A DNA stretch of 64,000 nucleotides from an uncultured Alphaproteobacteria bacterium (GCA_963710235.1 CAVPZI010000009.1:119417-183416); one strand, 5' to 3'. Counted from the first letter of the stretch, positions 17,375-26,949 are shown. Notes: a model not told the origin generated them from the sequence alone. A program made the numbers and translations.

Positions 17375-18529
17375 TTGAAGAGGAACACGGTCTTGGCGAC
17401 TGCCCCGCAACTAACCGCCACGTTCTCGGGTGAGGTACTTGAGTTGCGCCCCGTTGGATCCTGGACCGCCGCCAATGTCAGCACGCTGGAGACCCTCTCC
17501 GGCACCGTGGCGGCTGAGCTCGACCGGTCACGTACGATAAGACTCGATATGAGCGGCGTGCGCGAGCTCGACACGCTGGGGGCCTGGCTCTTGGAAAAGC
17601 TGTCGCGGCGGGCGGCCTCCGCCGGCCATCACGCCGATGTCGTCGGCGTTGCCGCCAACTACGCCGGCCTGATCGAGGAGGTGCGCCAGGTCAATCGTCA
17701 CAATGCCGCGCCGGCGCCGGCAGTAAATCCGGTTCTGCTCAAGGTCGGCGAGGTCGGCCGCGCCGCCATCGGCGCCACGGAAGACCTGACCATTTTCCTG
17801 CAGATGCTGGGCGCGCTGTTTGCGGCCATCGGCGGCCTGCTGCGCCGGCCGCGGTCGCTGCGCCTGACGTCGCTGTTCTATCAACTCTACAAGGTCGGCT
17901 TTCAGGCCATTCCGATCGTCGTTCTGATCACCTTCCTGATCGGCGCCATCATCGCCCAGCAGGGCATCTTCCATTTCCGCAAATTCGGCGCCGATTCCTA
18001 TGTCGTCGACATGGTCGGCATCCTGGTGCTGCGCGAGCTCGGCGTCCTGATCGTCGCCATCATGGTCGCCGGCCGCTCCGGCAGCGCCTACACCGCCGAA
18101 CTCGGCTCGATGAAAATGCGCGAGGAAATCGACGCGCTGTCGACCATGGGTCTCGATCCGGTCGAAGTGCTGATCCTGCCCCGCGTCGTCGCACTGGTCT
18201 GCGCGCTGCCGATCCTGACCTTCATCGGATCGATGGCCGCGCTCTATGGCGGCGGCCTGGTGGCATGGTTCTATGGCGGCATGGGACCGGCGATCTTCAT
18301 CGCGCGGCTGCACGACGCCGTATCGGTGACCAGCTTCGAGGTCGGGATGATCAAGGCGCCGTTCATGGCGCTGGTGATCGGCATCGTCGCCTGCAGCGAG
18401 GGCTTGCGGGTCAAGGGCAGCGCGGAATCGCTCGGCAGGCAGACCACCACCTCGGTGGTGAAGTCGATCTTTCTCGTCATCGTGCTCGACGGGCTGTTTG
18501 CGGTCTTCTTCGCGTCGGTCGGGATGTGA
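17375..18529 (+). CDS. MlaE-family ABC transporter permease with N-terminal STAS-like domain
   Basis: 384 aa. The N-terminal ~90 aa look like an anti-sigma-antagonist (STAS) domain, followed by a multi-TM MlaE-like core (EIDALSTMGLDP motif). Confidence 0.85.
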   Translation: MKRNTVLATAPQLTATFSGEVLELRPVGSWTAANVSTLETLSGTVAAELDRSRTIRLDMSGVRELDTLGAWLLEKLSRRAASAGHHADVVGVAANYAGLIEEVRQVNRHNAAPAPAVNPVLLKVGEVGRAAIGATEDLTIFLQMLGALFAAIGGLLRRPRSLRLTSLFYQLYKVGFQAIPIVVLITFLIGAIIAQQGIFHFRKFGADSYVVDMVGILVLRELGVLIVAIMVAGRSGSAYTAELGSMKMREEIDALSTMGLDPVEVLILPRVVALVCALPILTFIGSMAALYGGGLVAWFYGGMGPAIFIARLHDAVSVTSFEVGMIKAPFMALVIGIVACSEGLRVKGSAESLGRQTTTSVVKSIFLVIVLDGLFAVFFASVGM

Positions 18530-18531
18530 CG

Positions 18532-19311
18532 ATGCAGGACGCAACCCCGTCATTTGCCATCCGCGTCAGCGACCTCGTGGTCGGCTTCGGCCGGCATGTC
18601 GTGATCGACCATCTGTCGCTGGACGTGCGCCGGGGCGAGATCCTCGGCCTGGTCGGGGCTTCCGGCGGCGGCAAGTCGGTGCTGATGCGGACCATCATCG
18701 GCCTGATTCCGCGGCAAGGCGGCGAGATCGAGGTGATGGGGGCCGCGATCGGCGACAGCCATGACCGCGGCAACCGCAACGCGGCCGGGCGATGGGGCAT
18801 CCTGTTCCAGCAGGGCGCCCTGTTTTCGTCGCTCACCGTGCGGCAGAACGTCCAGTTTCCGTTGCGCGAGAATCTCGTGCTGTCCGAATCGTTGATGGAC
18901 GAGATCGCCACCGCCAAGCTCGAGATGGTCGGACTGAAACCGGAGGACGGCGACAAGTTTCCGTCCGAATTGTCGGGCGGCATGACCAAGCGCGTGGCGC
19001 TGGCCCGCGCGCTCGCGCTCGATCCCGCGATCGTGTTTCTCGACGAGCCGACCTCGGGTCTCGACCCGATCGCGGCGGGCGATTTCGACGCCCTGATCAA
19101 GACATTGCAGGAAACGCTGGGGCTGACGGTGTTCATGGTCACCCATGACCTCGCCAGCCTGAATGTCGTCTGCGACCGCGTCGCCGCGCTTGCGGACGGC
19201 AAGATTGTCGCCATCGGACCGATGCGCGAGCTGCTGCAATCCGAGCATCCCTGGGTGCGGGCCTATTTCCACGGCAAGCGCTCCCTGATGCTGCAACCAA
19301 AAGCGAGCTGA
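18532..19311 (+). CDS. MlaF-like ABC transporter ATP-binding protein
   Basis: Walker A GASGGGKS, signature LSGGMTKRVALARAL, Walker B IVFLDEP. ATG 18532 overlaps the mlaE stop region. Confidence 0.9.
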   Translation: MQDATPSFAIRVSDLVVGFGRHVVIDHLSLDVRRGEILGLVGASGGGKSVLMRTIIGLIPRQGGEIEVMGAAIGDSHDRGNRNAAGRWGILFQQGALFSSLTVRQNVQFPLRENLVLSESLMDEIATAKLEMVGLKPEDGDKFPSELSGGMTKRVALARALALDPAIVFLDEPTSGLDPIAAGDFDALIKTLQETLGLTVFMVTHDLASLNVVCDRVAALADGKIVAIGPMRELLQSEHPWVRAYFHGKRSLMLQPKAS

Positions 19312-19314
19312 GAA

Positions 19315-20418
19315 ATGGAAACCCGCGCTCCCTTCGTCGTCGTCGGCGCCTTCGTGCTGGCGGTCATCGCCGCCGCGTTCGGCTTCGTATACTGGCTTCA
19401 CAACACCGGCGGGCTCGGAGCGCGCGCCACCTATCACCTCCAGTTCGACGGTTCGGTGCCGGGACTGCTGGTCGGCGCCGCCGTGATGTTCAACGGGATC
19501 CGCGTCGGCGAGGTAACGGATCTGAGCCTGGCGCCCGACAGCCCGCGCCGCGTCAATGCGATGATCTCGGTGGCGTCGACGACCCCGGTGCATTCGGACA
19601 CCAAGGTGGGCCTCGAGTTCCAGGGCCTGACCGGCGTTCCCGTGATCGCGCTCGAAGGCGGCATGCTGCTTGCGAATTCCGGGACGGTGACCACGCTGGT
19701 CGCCGAGCCCGGAGCGGGCGAAGGCATGACCCAGGCGGCCCGCAGCGCGTTGCGGCGGGTCGACACGGTGCTGGCCGACAATGCGGAGCCGCTGAAGAAC
19801 ACGATTGCCAATCTGCAGGTTTTCTCGGAGGGCCTGGCGCGCAACACCGGCAAACTCGACAACATCGTCGCCGGGCTCGAAAAGATGACCGGCGGCGGTG
19901 CGCCCGTCAGACGAATTGCCTACGATTTGCGCGCGGCGCAGGACTTTGCGGCCCCGGACAAGACCATCAAGGGACCGTTGGCGATTCCGGAGCCGACGGC
20001 GGTCGTGATGCTCGAGACCCAGCGAATGCTGTTCTCGCCGGCCGGTGACGCCCCGGAATTCGCGGAATTTCTCTGGGCTGACGCCATCCCAAAGCTGCTG
20101 CAGGCGAGATTGATCGAGAGCTTCGAGAACTACGATCTCGCGCACGCGCCGCTGCACACGGCGGACGCCGGGCAGGCCGACTTCCAGCTTCTGATCGATG
20201 TCAGGCGTTTCCGGGTTTCGGTGGAGTCGGAGCCAACCGCTGAAATCGGATTGTCGGCGCGGATCGTCGACCGGGACGGCAAGGTCATCGCTGCGCGGCT
20301 GTTCGAGGAAAACCGGAAATTCGACAGGCTGGAGCCGCCGCCAGCCGTTGCCGCCTTCAACGACGCGTTCGGCCAAATTGCGAGGGATATGATCGCCTGG
20401 ACGGTTCAGGCCCTGTAG
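19315..20418 (+). CDS. MlaD/MCE family protein fused to an ABC-transport auxiliary (PF03886-like) domain
   Basis: 367 aa. N-terminal TM METRAPFVVVGAFVLAVIAAAF, then an MCE domain (VMFNGIRVGEV). The C-terminal half resembles the auxiliary lipoprotein component. Confidence 0.8.
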   Translation: METRAPFVVVGAFVLAVIAAAFGFVYWLHNTGGLGARATYHLQFDGSVPGLLVGAAVMFNGIRVGEVTDLSLAPDSPRRVNAMISVASTTPVHSDTKVGLEFQGLTGVPVIALEGGMLLANSGTVTTLVAEPGAGEGMTQAARSALRRVDTVLADNAEPLKNTIANLQVFSEGLARNTGKLDNIVAGLEKMTGGGAPVRRIAYDLRAAQDFAAPDKTIKGPLAIPEPTAVVMLETQRMLFSPAGDAPEFAEFLWADAIPKLLQARLIESFENYDLAHAPLHTADAGQADFQLLIDVRRFRVSVESEPTAEIGLSARIVDRDGKVIAARLFEENRKFDRLEPPPAVAAFNDAFGQIARDMIAWTVQAL

Positions 20419-20452
20419 CCGCGGCACGGTCAGCGCCGCGGCCCGGCGTTTT
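20418..20452 (+). terminator. Putative terminator after the mla-like operon
   Basis: GCCGCGGC-9 nt-GCCGCGGC hairpin overlapping the stop codon. A TTTT tract lies 6 nt downstream. Confidence 0.45.
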
Positions 20453-20624
20453 CAGCCGGTACGGTGGGAAAACTGCGAAAGCGAGGCAATTTTTGACATA
20501 GGACAATAAATGCAAATCACCGTGCGCTATTCTGCCGATCTTTAGCAAATCCGGGGCAGAGCCCAAAAAGGGCGCGCCAGGAGGCCTGGATCGGATGGCC
20601 GAGAGCCACCGCCCATAAGACCCG

Positions 20625-20852
20625 ATGCCGCAGTATGCGAGACCAGAAATGATGGACGACCCGGCAATGTGGCAAACGATTTCAACGGCGCCGTTCGACC
20701 GCGATCTTGAATTGGCGGTGATCGAGGACGATCGCGTGCATTCGCTGGTGTTTGCCTGCTGTCGCGCGCCGGATGGCTGGATCAAGGTCCAGACGCGCGA
20801 GCGTGTCATCGTCAGCCCGACGCATTGGCGCCCCTGGGGGGCCAGCGACTAG
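20625..20852 (+). CDS. Small conserved hypothetical protein (TAPxDR...ELAVI...THWR family), paralog of 36768..37040
   Basis: 75 aa. WQTISTAPFDRDLELAVIED...SPTHWRPW aligns with WRDIATAPADREVELAVIDG...ATHWRYR. The stop TAG coincides with the IS630 TA target site. Confidence 0.6.
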   Translation: MPQYARPEMMDDPAMWQTISTAPFDRDLELAVIEDDRVHSLVFACCRAPDGWIKVQTRERVIVSPTHWRPWGASD

Positions 20853-22010
20853 TGTCCTGAACCAGAAGTTCGCGATATCGGGTCGTATCTGTGCCGGGGC
20901 ATTGGACCGGCAGGAAGCGTTCGATGGAAGCAAGGATGCTCATCTGACGTTGAGCGATGGTGAGCGTGCGGAACGAAGTCGTTGGGATGCGGCGGAAGAT
21001 GGCGCAGGCGATGGAACTGAGAGCGCGGATCGTGCTGACTGCGCGGCGAGGCTGCGATCAGACGAAATGGCGGCCAATCTGGGGCTGGATCGGTCGACGG
21101 TAGCGCAAGAGAGGCGCTCGACCGTGGAGTGAGCCATGGACGGACTGCGTGACGAGCCGGGGTCAGGGGCACGTGTAGCGGGGCCTGTTAGCCAGCCATC
21201 GAAGCCGTGATCAGTGGGGACGTTGAAGCGTGGCGCCGAGAATTGTCCATGACGAGATGGACGTTCCGCGGCATGGCGAAGGCAATGAAGCCTGTCGATA
21301 TCGTCGAGGCAACTTGCGGAACTGGCAGCACGGTGGCGTTCGTAGCACTTGCCGATGACCGGATCGGAGGCGTTCAAGCTGTCGACGGGTCCGAGCTTCG
21401 TGAACAGCGATGTGCGATGCCGTGGGCCTCGTGTAGTCATGGCTCCTTCGGAGCTGGCTGGCCTGGACGCATGCGGCAGCATCGAGATGACTGCGGTCCA
21501 GCGCGCTGGACCGCAGTCTGCGGATGCTGTCGATGCATCCAGGCAGCTAAAACGAAGGAGCCGTGACTACCGGTGGCGACGGCACGTAAATCGCTGCCCG
21601 ACGACGTCGCGCACTTGTGGCCACGACAGTTTGGATCGGTCGAGAGCTTACGGACGCCTCCATGCGCCGAGTGCGGCTGGAGCCCAAAGGCCCGCGAGAT
21701 GCGTTGCACCGGCGATACCGACAGGCCGCGTGGCCTCGTCGCCATGCCGCAGGGAACTCCAATGGGTGGCGTCCTAGGGCACCACTGATCCAACGATCGG
21801 CTCACGATAACGGCTTCGATGCGGGCATCGTGAACCTAGCCCCGAGCGTTCGTCATGGCTCACCGCTACGACGCCGCCACTTGCCTACGTAGAGATCCCA
21901 GCGTGGCCGCCGTCTATCGCAGGTCGCCGGCTCTCAGAGCTGCCCTTCGCTTCATCGTCACGACTCACGCTCATCATCGTCCGGGCAAGTTTGCGCCATG
22001 ACTCCTTGCT
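20849..22010 (-). pseudogene. IS630-family DDE transposase, disrupted by several frameshifts and an in-frame stop
   Basis: Fragments lie in different minus-strand frames: VGKWRRR; G*VHDARIEAVIV; GLSVSPVQRISRAFGLQPH; KLSTDPN; TSLF...VIGKCYERHR; PRFNV; ILASIERF; ...SGSGH*. Confidence 0.8.
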
Positions 22011-22067
22011 CCATCCAACGCCGCGGCAATGCCCGCAAATCACGATTGCGAACTTGGTTCAGGACAC
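20852..22067. mobile_element. IS630-family insertion sequence (about 1.2 kb) with intact terminal inverted repeats and TA target duplication
   Basis: Left end (C)TAGTGTCCTGAACCAGAAGTTCGC versus reverse complement of the right end (C)TAGTGTCCTGAACCA--AGTTCGC. TA at 20850-51 and 22068-69. Confidence 0.85.
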
Positions 22068-22093
22068 TAGGTCGTAAACATCATGCCTACGAC

Positions 22094-22258
22094 CTAGCCC
22101 TTGTCCCGGGGTGTGGTCTTGGCGGCCTTGGCAAGCGCCAGCTTGGCCTCTTCTTCCGCAAGCAGCCGTTCAATCGTCCGGCGCTTGACCGGGTCCGTTT
22201 CAGCCGCCAGCAGCTTCTTGAAATGCTCGATGTTTAGATCCGCCACAGTCTTGTCCAT
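22094..22258 (-). CDS. Small hypothetical protein (54 aa, helical, charged)
   Basis: MDKTVADLNIEHFKKLLAAETDPVKRRTIERLLAEEEAKLALAKAAK... ORF opens at 22279. No known motif. Confidence 0.45.
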   Translation of the reverse strand: MDKTVADLNIEHFKKLLAAETDPVKRRTIERLLAEEEAKLALAKAAKTTPRDKG

Positions 22259-22467
22259 GGACTGCCGCTCCACTTTCACCGATACAAGGGTTTATGCTAT
22301 CTGACATAATCCCGATCAAGAGGGAAGCGCCTGGCGCCCCTGGATTTTCCGGCGGCGCCATCACCGGCCGGGTTGGTTTCCCGCCGTCGATACCGGCCGT
22401 TTTGGGGACGTGACAAGGTGCCAAAGAGGGGGTTGGTGGTCGAAACCGCGCCGGACTGGATCGTCCG

Positions 22468-23910
22468 ATGACGGCCCGGCCCCGTTTCTGGTTTCGTTAC
22501 GGGTCGGCGGTGGCCGCCGCCATCCTGGTATTTGTTCTCCGCCTCCTGCTCCATCAATACTTCGAGGACCGCACCTTCACGGTCATTTACGTGCCGGTCG
22601 TCGTGTTTGCCGCCTTCGCAGGCGGCCGCGGCCCGGCCATCGTTGCGACGATTTTATGCGTGGGCATCAGCGCATTCTTCCTCGGGGCAAGCCTCCTCAC
22701 CAATCCGGCGAGCCTGATCGATGTTTCGTTTTTTGCGGTGCTGGGGCCGATACTGGGCTTCATCGGCGACCGTCTGTCGCGCGAATCGGACGACTCGCGT
22801 CACCGGCAGGCGGAACTGCAGTCGATCCTGGATACGGTACCGGAGGCGATGATCGTGATCGACGATCACGGTATCATGCGGTCTTTCAGCGCCACGGCCG
22901 AACGTCTGTTCGGCTGGTCGGCCGCGGAGGTAATTGGAAAAAACGTCTCGATCCTGATGCCTTCGCCCTATCGCCAGGAGCACGACGGCTATCTGCACCG
23001 TTACCGCAGCACGGGCGATCGCCGGATCATCGGTATCGGCCGGATCGTGGTCGGCGAACGCAAGGACGGCTCGACGTTTCCGATGGAACTGGCAGTGGGT
23101 GAAGCCAAGGTGGGTGCCGAACAATTCTTCACCGGCTTCATTCGCGACCTGACCGAACGTCGAAGCCAGGAACGGCGCATGCACGAGCTGCAGGCGGAGC
23201 TGGTCCATGTTTCCCGTCTGACCGCGATGGGCGAAATGGCCTCCTCGCTGGCGCACGAGCTCAATCAGCCGCTATCGGCTATCACCAGCTACCTGCGCGG
23301 TGCGGCAACCCTGCTGAAAGCCGATCAGGTCGACAAGGAGCGTATTCGCGAGGTCCTGCACCGCAGCGCGGACCAGGCGCTGCGTGCCGGCGACATCATC
23401 AAGCGGCTGCGGGAGTTCGTCGCCAAGGGAGACATCCAGCCGACGTTGGAGAATCCGGCGATCCTGCTCGAAGAGGCCGCGGCACTCGCCCTGGTCGGAT
23501 CCAGGGAGCTAGACGTGCGCGTGTCGCTTCGATGCGATCGCGATCTTCCCGACATCGCGGTCGACAAGGTCCAGATCCAGCAGGTCGCGCTCAATCTGAT
23601 CAGGAACGCGGTGGAGGCGATGGAAACCACCAGCCGTCGCGACCTGACGATCGCGGTCACGCGCCAGAAATCAATCGCGCTGTTCTCGGTCGCCGATAGC
23701 GGTACCGGCATCAATCCGGAGATCGCGCAGCACCTGTTTCAACCCTTCGTAACCAGCAAGGCAAACGGAATGGGCGTCGGCCTCTCGATCTGCCGAACCA
23801 TCATTGAAGCGCACGGTGGCCGGATCTCCGCCATTCCCAACGACGGCGGCGGCACCATTTTCGAATTTACGGTACCTTTCGCCGAGCCGGAGGATGGCCA
23901 TGAACGATAA
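22468..23910 (+). CDS. fixL: Oxygen-sensor histidine kinase FixL (membrane N-terminus, heme-PAS, HisKA/HATPase)
   Basis: Heme-PAS signature [53 protein letters not shown]-box [11 protein letters not shown]. Hydrophobic N-terminal region (~110 aa). Confidence 0.9.
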   Translation: MTARPRFWFRYGSAVAAAILVFVLRLLLHQYFEDRTFTVIYVPVVVFAAFAGGRGPAIVATILCVGISAFFLGASLLTNPASLIDVSFFAVLGPILGFIGDRLSRESDDSRHRQAELQSILDTVPEAMIVIDDHGIMRSFSATAERLFGWSAAEVIGKNVSILMPSPYRQEHDGYLHRYRSTGDRRIIGIGRIVVGERKDGSTFPMELAVGEAKVGAEQFFTGFIRDLTERRSQERRMHELQAELVHVSRLTAMGEMASSLAHELNQPLSAITSYLRGAATLLKADQVDKERIREVLHRSADQALRAGDIIKRLREFVAKGDIQPTLENPAILLEEAAALALVGSRELDVRVSLRCDRDLPDIAVDKVQIQQVALNLIRNAVEAMETTSRRDLTIAVTRQKSIALFSVADSGTGINPEIAQHLFQPFVTSKANGMGVGLSICRTIIEAHGGRISAIPNDGGGTIFEFTVPFAEPEDGHER

Positions 23911-24509
23911 GACCGTTGTCCATGTCGTCGACGACGACGCAGCGATGCGCGACTCGACGGCATTTCTGCTGGATGTCAACGGGTTCAAGCCCCGGATCTA
24001 CGATTCGGCCGGCGCGCTGCTGGCCGAAATCCCCCATCGATGCGCGAAGCTGCGTGGTTTCGGATATCCGGATGCCGGGAATGAACGGCATCGAACTCGT
24101 GCGTGAGCTGAGGAGCAAGGGTTCCACGAGCCCCGTGATCCTGATCACCGGTCATGGTGACGTGGCGCTTGCCGTCGAAGCGATGAAGGCCGGCGCGGCC
24201 GATTTCATCGAGAAGCCGTTTGACGACGCCGTCCTGTTGGGTGCGATCCGGTCCGCCCTGGACGCCCGGCCGGCAATTCAGGGCGACAGCTCGGCGAAAC
24301 AGCAGGCTGAAGCCCGCCTCGCCGAACTGTCCCCCCGGGAGCGCGATGTCCTGCGCGGGCTGGTCGCCGGGAAGATCAACAAGGTCATCGCGCACGACCT
24401 CAGCATCAGCCCGCGCACGGTTGAGGTTTACCGCGCCAATCTCATGGCCAAGACCGGCACGCGCAGCATGTCCGAATTGATGCGCATCGCGCTGGCGGCA
24501 GGTTTATGA
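23900..24509 (+). pseudogene. fixJ: Response regulator FixJ with an apparent +1 frameshift at a C5 run
   Basis: [19 protein letters not shown]...LLAEIP is in frame 23900. CVVSDIRMPGMNGIEL...LuxR HTH is in frame 23916..24509. The switch is at CCCCC 24031-24035; C4 would restore EIPIDARSCVVSD. Confidence 0.85.
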
Positions 24510-24528
24510 GCGGCGCGCCGGTCCGCGG

Positions 24529-25008
24529 TCAGGCGATGGCGTAATAGCCGACAGCCGGGGCAACCAGCGGCAGCGCATGGCGGCGATTGCATCTGCCGAA
24601 CGCCAGCGCGCGAATGATGTCGTCGCGCGCGATCATGCCCTTCAGCCGGTTATTGCGGTCCACCACCGGCAGGCTCTTGAAGCGATGGGCGCCCAACAGG
24701 TACAGGACGTGTTGCAGCCGTGCTTCGGGGGCGACGGTCACGACATGAGGCGACATGATCTGGTCGACGGTCGTTCCCATCATGTCGTCATAGTGTGGAA
24801 GGATGCTGGCCGGGGTGAGCGCAAAGGCCTTCAAAGCATCGGCCTTGGAAACGATACCGACCAGTTCTCCGTTGCTGACGACCGGATAGGCATCGAGATT
24901 ATCGGTGGCGAACAGGCGAAGTAGATCACCTGCGGTCGTCTCCGGCGCGACGGTTTTCGCCGGGCTCGTCATGTTGCGCTCGACGGTTTCCTCGAGAAAT
25001 TCGTACAT
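24529..25008 (-). CDS. CBS domain pair protein
   Basis: 159 aa. Two CBS repeats (YPVVSNGELVGIVSKADALKAF; LPVVDRNNRLKGMIARDDIIRAL). Confidence 0.8.
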   Translation of the reverse strand: MYEFLEETVERNMTSPAKTVAPETTAGDLLRLFATDNLDAYPVVSNGELVGIVSKADALKAFALTPASILPHYDDMMGTTVDQIMSPHVVTVAPEARLQHVLYLLGAHRFKSLPVVDRNNRLKGMIARDDIIRALAFGRCNRRHALPLVAPAVGYYAIA

Positions 25009-25072
25009 CGCGTCCCTCTTTGGATAGTGGCTGGGTTGACGTGAATGTTACGGCGGGATCGCTCTGCGCGAT

Positions 25073-25086
25073 TTGACCCAGATCAA
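25073..25086. promoter_or_regulatory. FixK/FNR-type box TTGACCCAGATCAA
   Basis: 65 bp upstream of the CBS gene ATG (25008, minus strand). Confidence 0.65.
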
Positions 25087-25124
25087 GCCGGGCGATGACG
25101 CCCATCGGCTCGATCGCCCATCGT

Positions 25125-25138
25125 TTGATGAAAATCAA
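25125..25138. promoter_or_regulatory. FixK/FNR-type box TTGATGAAAATCAA
   Basis: Perfect TTGAT-N4-ATCAA, 51 bp upstream of ORF 25189. Confidence 0.7.
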
Positions 25139-25188
25139 GGCAACCGCACCGGAGTGGTTCAAACTGTCGTTTCAATGAATCGGGAGAC

Positions 25189-25410
25189 TTGAAAATGCCC
25201 CGCAATATTGGAACGGTCGACCAGGCCATCCGCGCGATGCTGGGTCTGGCCCTCATCGGCTATGTCGGGAAGAACAGCCCCCTCACGCCGGATTCGGTCG
25301 TTGCGCTGCTGGCCGGCATTTATCTGTTCGCCACCGGTATCCTTTTGCGCTGTCCGTTCTATGGTGTGCTGGGCTTCACCACATCCGGACGTCTGGATCG
25401 CTCGGCCTGA
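25189..25410 (+). CDS. DUF2892 (YgaP-like) small membrane protein
   Basis: 73 aa. NIGTVDQAIRAMLGLALI...GIYLFATGILLRCPFYGVLGF is the DUF2892 pattern. Confidence 0.7.
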   Translation: MKMPRNIGTVDQAIRAMLGLALIGYVGKNSPLTPDSVVALLAGIYLFATGILLRCPFYGVLGFTTSGRLDRSA

Positions 25411-25434
25411 AGCCGCCGGACGGCGGAGGTAACG

Positions 25435-26646
25435 GTGTCTCGCCATTACGGAGGCGCTCAATTTCGTCGGCGTCTGTACGGCATCCTCGATCAGGGTGCC
25501 GGCGCCGACAGAATTGGCGCGGTCGTGAACTGGACGCTGATCGGGCTGATCGTCGTCACACTTGCCGCGACGGTGCTGGAATCCGTGCCAAGGCTGGCGG
25601 CCCGGTATGGCGCGACGTTCGATGTCATCGAAGACATCGCCCTGGTCACCTTCTCGGTCGAATACGCGGCGCGGCTCTGGACGGCGGTCGAACATCCGCG
25701 GTGGCAGCGTTTCGGTCCAGTTTGGGCACGGCTGCGCCTGGCGGCCAGTCCCGCCGGGCTGATCGATCTCGCCGCCGTGCTGCCGTTCTGGCTGCCGCTG
25801 TTCCTCGCGGCCGATTTCAAGTCCCTGCTGGTCTTGCGCCTGATCCGCTTCTTCAAGCTGACGCGCTATTCGCCCGCCATGCGTTCGCTGCTGGAGGCGC
25901 TCTACACCGAACGCCGCGCGCTTGCGGGCTGCTTCGTGATTCTCTGCGGCGCGACGCTGGTCGCGGCCGCACTGATGCATCTCGCCGAAAGCGCCGCCCA
26001 GCCGGAAAAGTTCGGCACCATCCCCGAAGCCATGTGGTGGGCGATCGTGACGCTCGGAACGGTCGGCTACGGCGACGCCGTGCCGATCACCGCGGCAGGC
26101 CGGCTGGTGGCCGGACTGACGATCTTTGTCGGCCTGCTGATGGTGGCGCTGCCGGTGGGTATCGTGGCGACGGCGTTCGCCAACGAGGTGCACCGCCGCG
26201 ATTTTGTCGTCACCTGGGGGCTGGTGGCGAGGATTCCCCTGTTCAGCGAACTGACGGCCGTGCAGATCGGGGATGTGATGAAGATCCTGCGCGCGCAGAA
26301 GGCGGATCGAGGCACGGTCATTGCCCGGCGCGGCGAGCCGGCCCATTCGATGTACCTGATCGTGGACGGTGAAGTCGAAATCAAGCTGCGCCCCAAGCAT
26401 GTCCACCTCGGCGCCGGCGACTTCTTCGGAGAAATCGCCGCCTTGCGGCGGTCGCGGCGCTCCGCCACCGTGGTTGCGCTGCGCCCTACCCGTTTGCTCG
26501 CGCTCGATGCAGCCGACCTGCACGGGCTGATGGATCGCGAGCCGCAAATCGCGGCCCGTATCCGGGATGCGGCGCGAACCAGGCTGGGCAGCACACTGGA
26601 CCTCGCGGATGGCGATCTGCTCGAAGCCGAACTGCCGACGGCCTGA
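25435..26646 (+). CDS. Cyclic nucleotide-gated K+ channel (MlotiK1-like), copy 1
   Basis: 403 aa. S1-S6 topology, selectivity filter TLGTVGYGD, C-terminal cNMP-binding domain (GDFFGEIAALRRSRRSATVVA). Confidence 0.85.
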   Translation: MSRHYGGAQFRRRLYGILDQGAGADRIGAVVNWTLIGLIVVTLAATVLESVPRLAARYGATFDVIEDIALVTFSVEYAARLWTAVEHPRWQRFGPVWARLRLAASPAGLIDLAAVLPFWLPLFLAADFKSLLVLRLIRFFKLTRYSPAMRSLLEALYTERRALAGCFVILCGATLVAAALMHLAESAAQPEKFGTIPEAMWWAIVTLGTVGYGDAVPITAAGRLVAGLTIFVGLLMVALPVGIVATAFANEVHRRDFVVTWGLVARIPLFSELTAVQIGDVMKILRAQKADRGTVIARRGEPAHSMYLIVDGEVEIKLRPKHVHLGAGDFFGEIAALRRSRRSATVVALRPTRLLALDAADLHGLMDREPQIAARIRDAARTRLGSTLDLADGDLLEAELPTA

Positions 26647-26670
26647 TCCGACCGCCCCATAACGCGGGTT

Positions 26671-26826
26671 CTAGAACGGTCGCTGCTTCGGGCGGTCGAC
26701 CGCCCGCGCCGGGCCGGGAGAACCGGTGAAGCGGCGGGTCTGCAGCTGCGCCCACGCCAGCGCACCGGCAAAGATCGCGAACATGGCAACGACGCCGGCA
26801 AGCATGATGATGGTCGAAACGGGCAT
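26671..26826 (-). CDS. Unlisted 51-aa single-TM protein
   Basis: GAGGAG RBS 6-7 nt before ATG 26826. MPVSTIIMLAGVVAMFAIFAGALAWAQLQTRRFTGSPGPARAVDRPKQRPF*. A FixK box lies 54 bp upstream. Below the ORF-track size cut-off. Confidence 0.5.
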   Translation of the reverse strand: MPVSTIIMLAGVVAMFAIFAGALAWAQLQTRRFTGSPGPARAVDRPKQRPF

Positions 26827-26879
26827 CGATCGTCTCCTCTTCGAGGCCACATGATTTGCACGGGCAATTCCGTTTCATG

Positions 26880-26893
26880 TTGACGTGGATCAA
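26880..26893. promoter_or_regulatory. FixK/FNR-type box TTGACGTGGATCAA, shared by divergent genes
   Basis: 54 bp from ATG 26826 (minus) and 57 bp from ATG 26950 (plus). Confidence 0.65.
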
Positions 26894-26949
26894 AACGAAA
26901 GCCCGCGGGAGCCTTAGATTTCGTTCAATCGTCCACAGCGGAGATCATC

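Noticed and set aside
18550-20427. Very long ORFs antisense to, or out of frame with, recognised genes. Examples: 18550..20427 (625 aa), the upper part of 56540..59911 (1123 aa), 25159..26547, 28496..29650, 32226..33653, 38308..39900, 54688..56409, 1419..2618, 5796..6914, 7676..9034, 10478..11689, 11732..12853, 49799..51145.
   Set aside because: Their translations are Arg/Gly/Ala/Pro/Asp-rich low-complexity strings with no motifs. They overlap genes with clear family signatures. Stop-poor alternative frames are expected at this GC content.
20493-20506. TTGACATAGGACAA upstream of 20625..20852, as a FixK box.
   Set aside because: The right half-site is GACAA (3 of 5 matches) and the site lies 119 bp from the start codon. 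Too weak to call.
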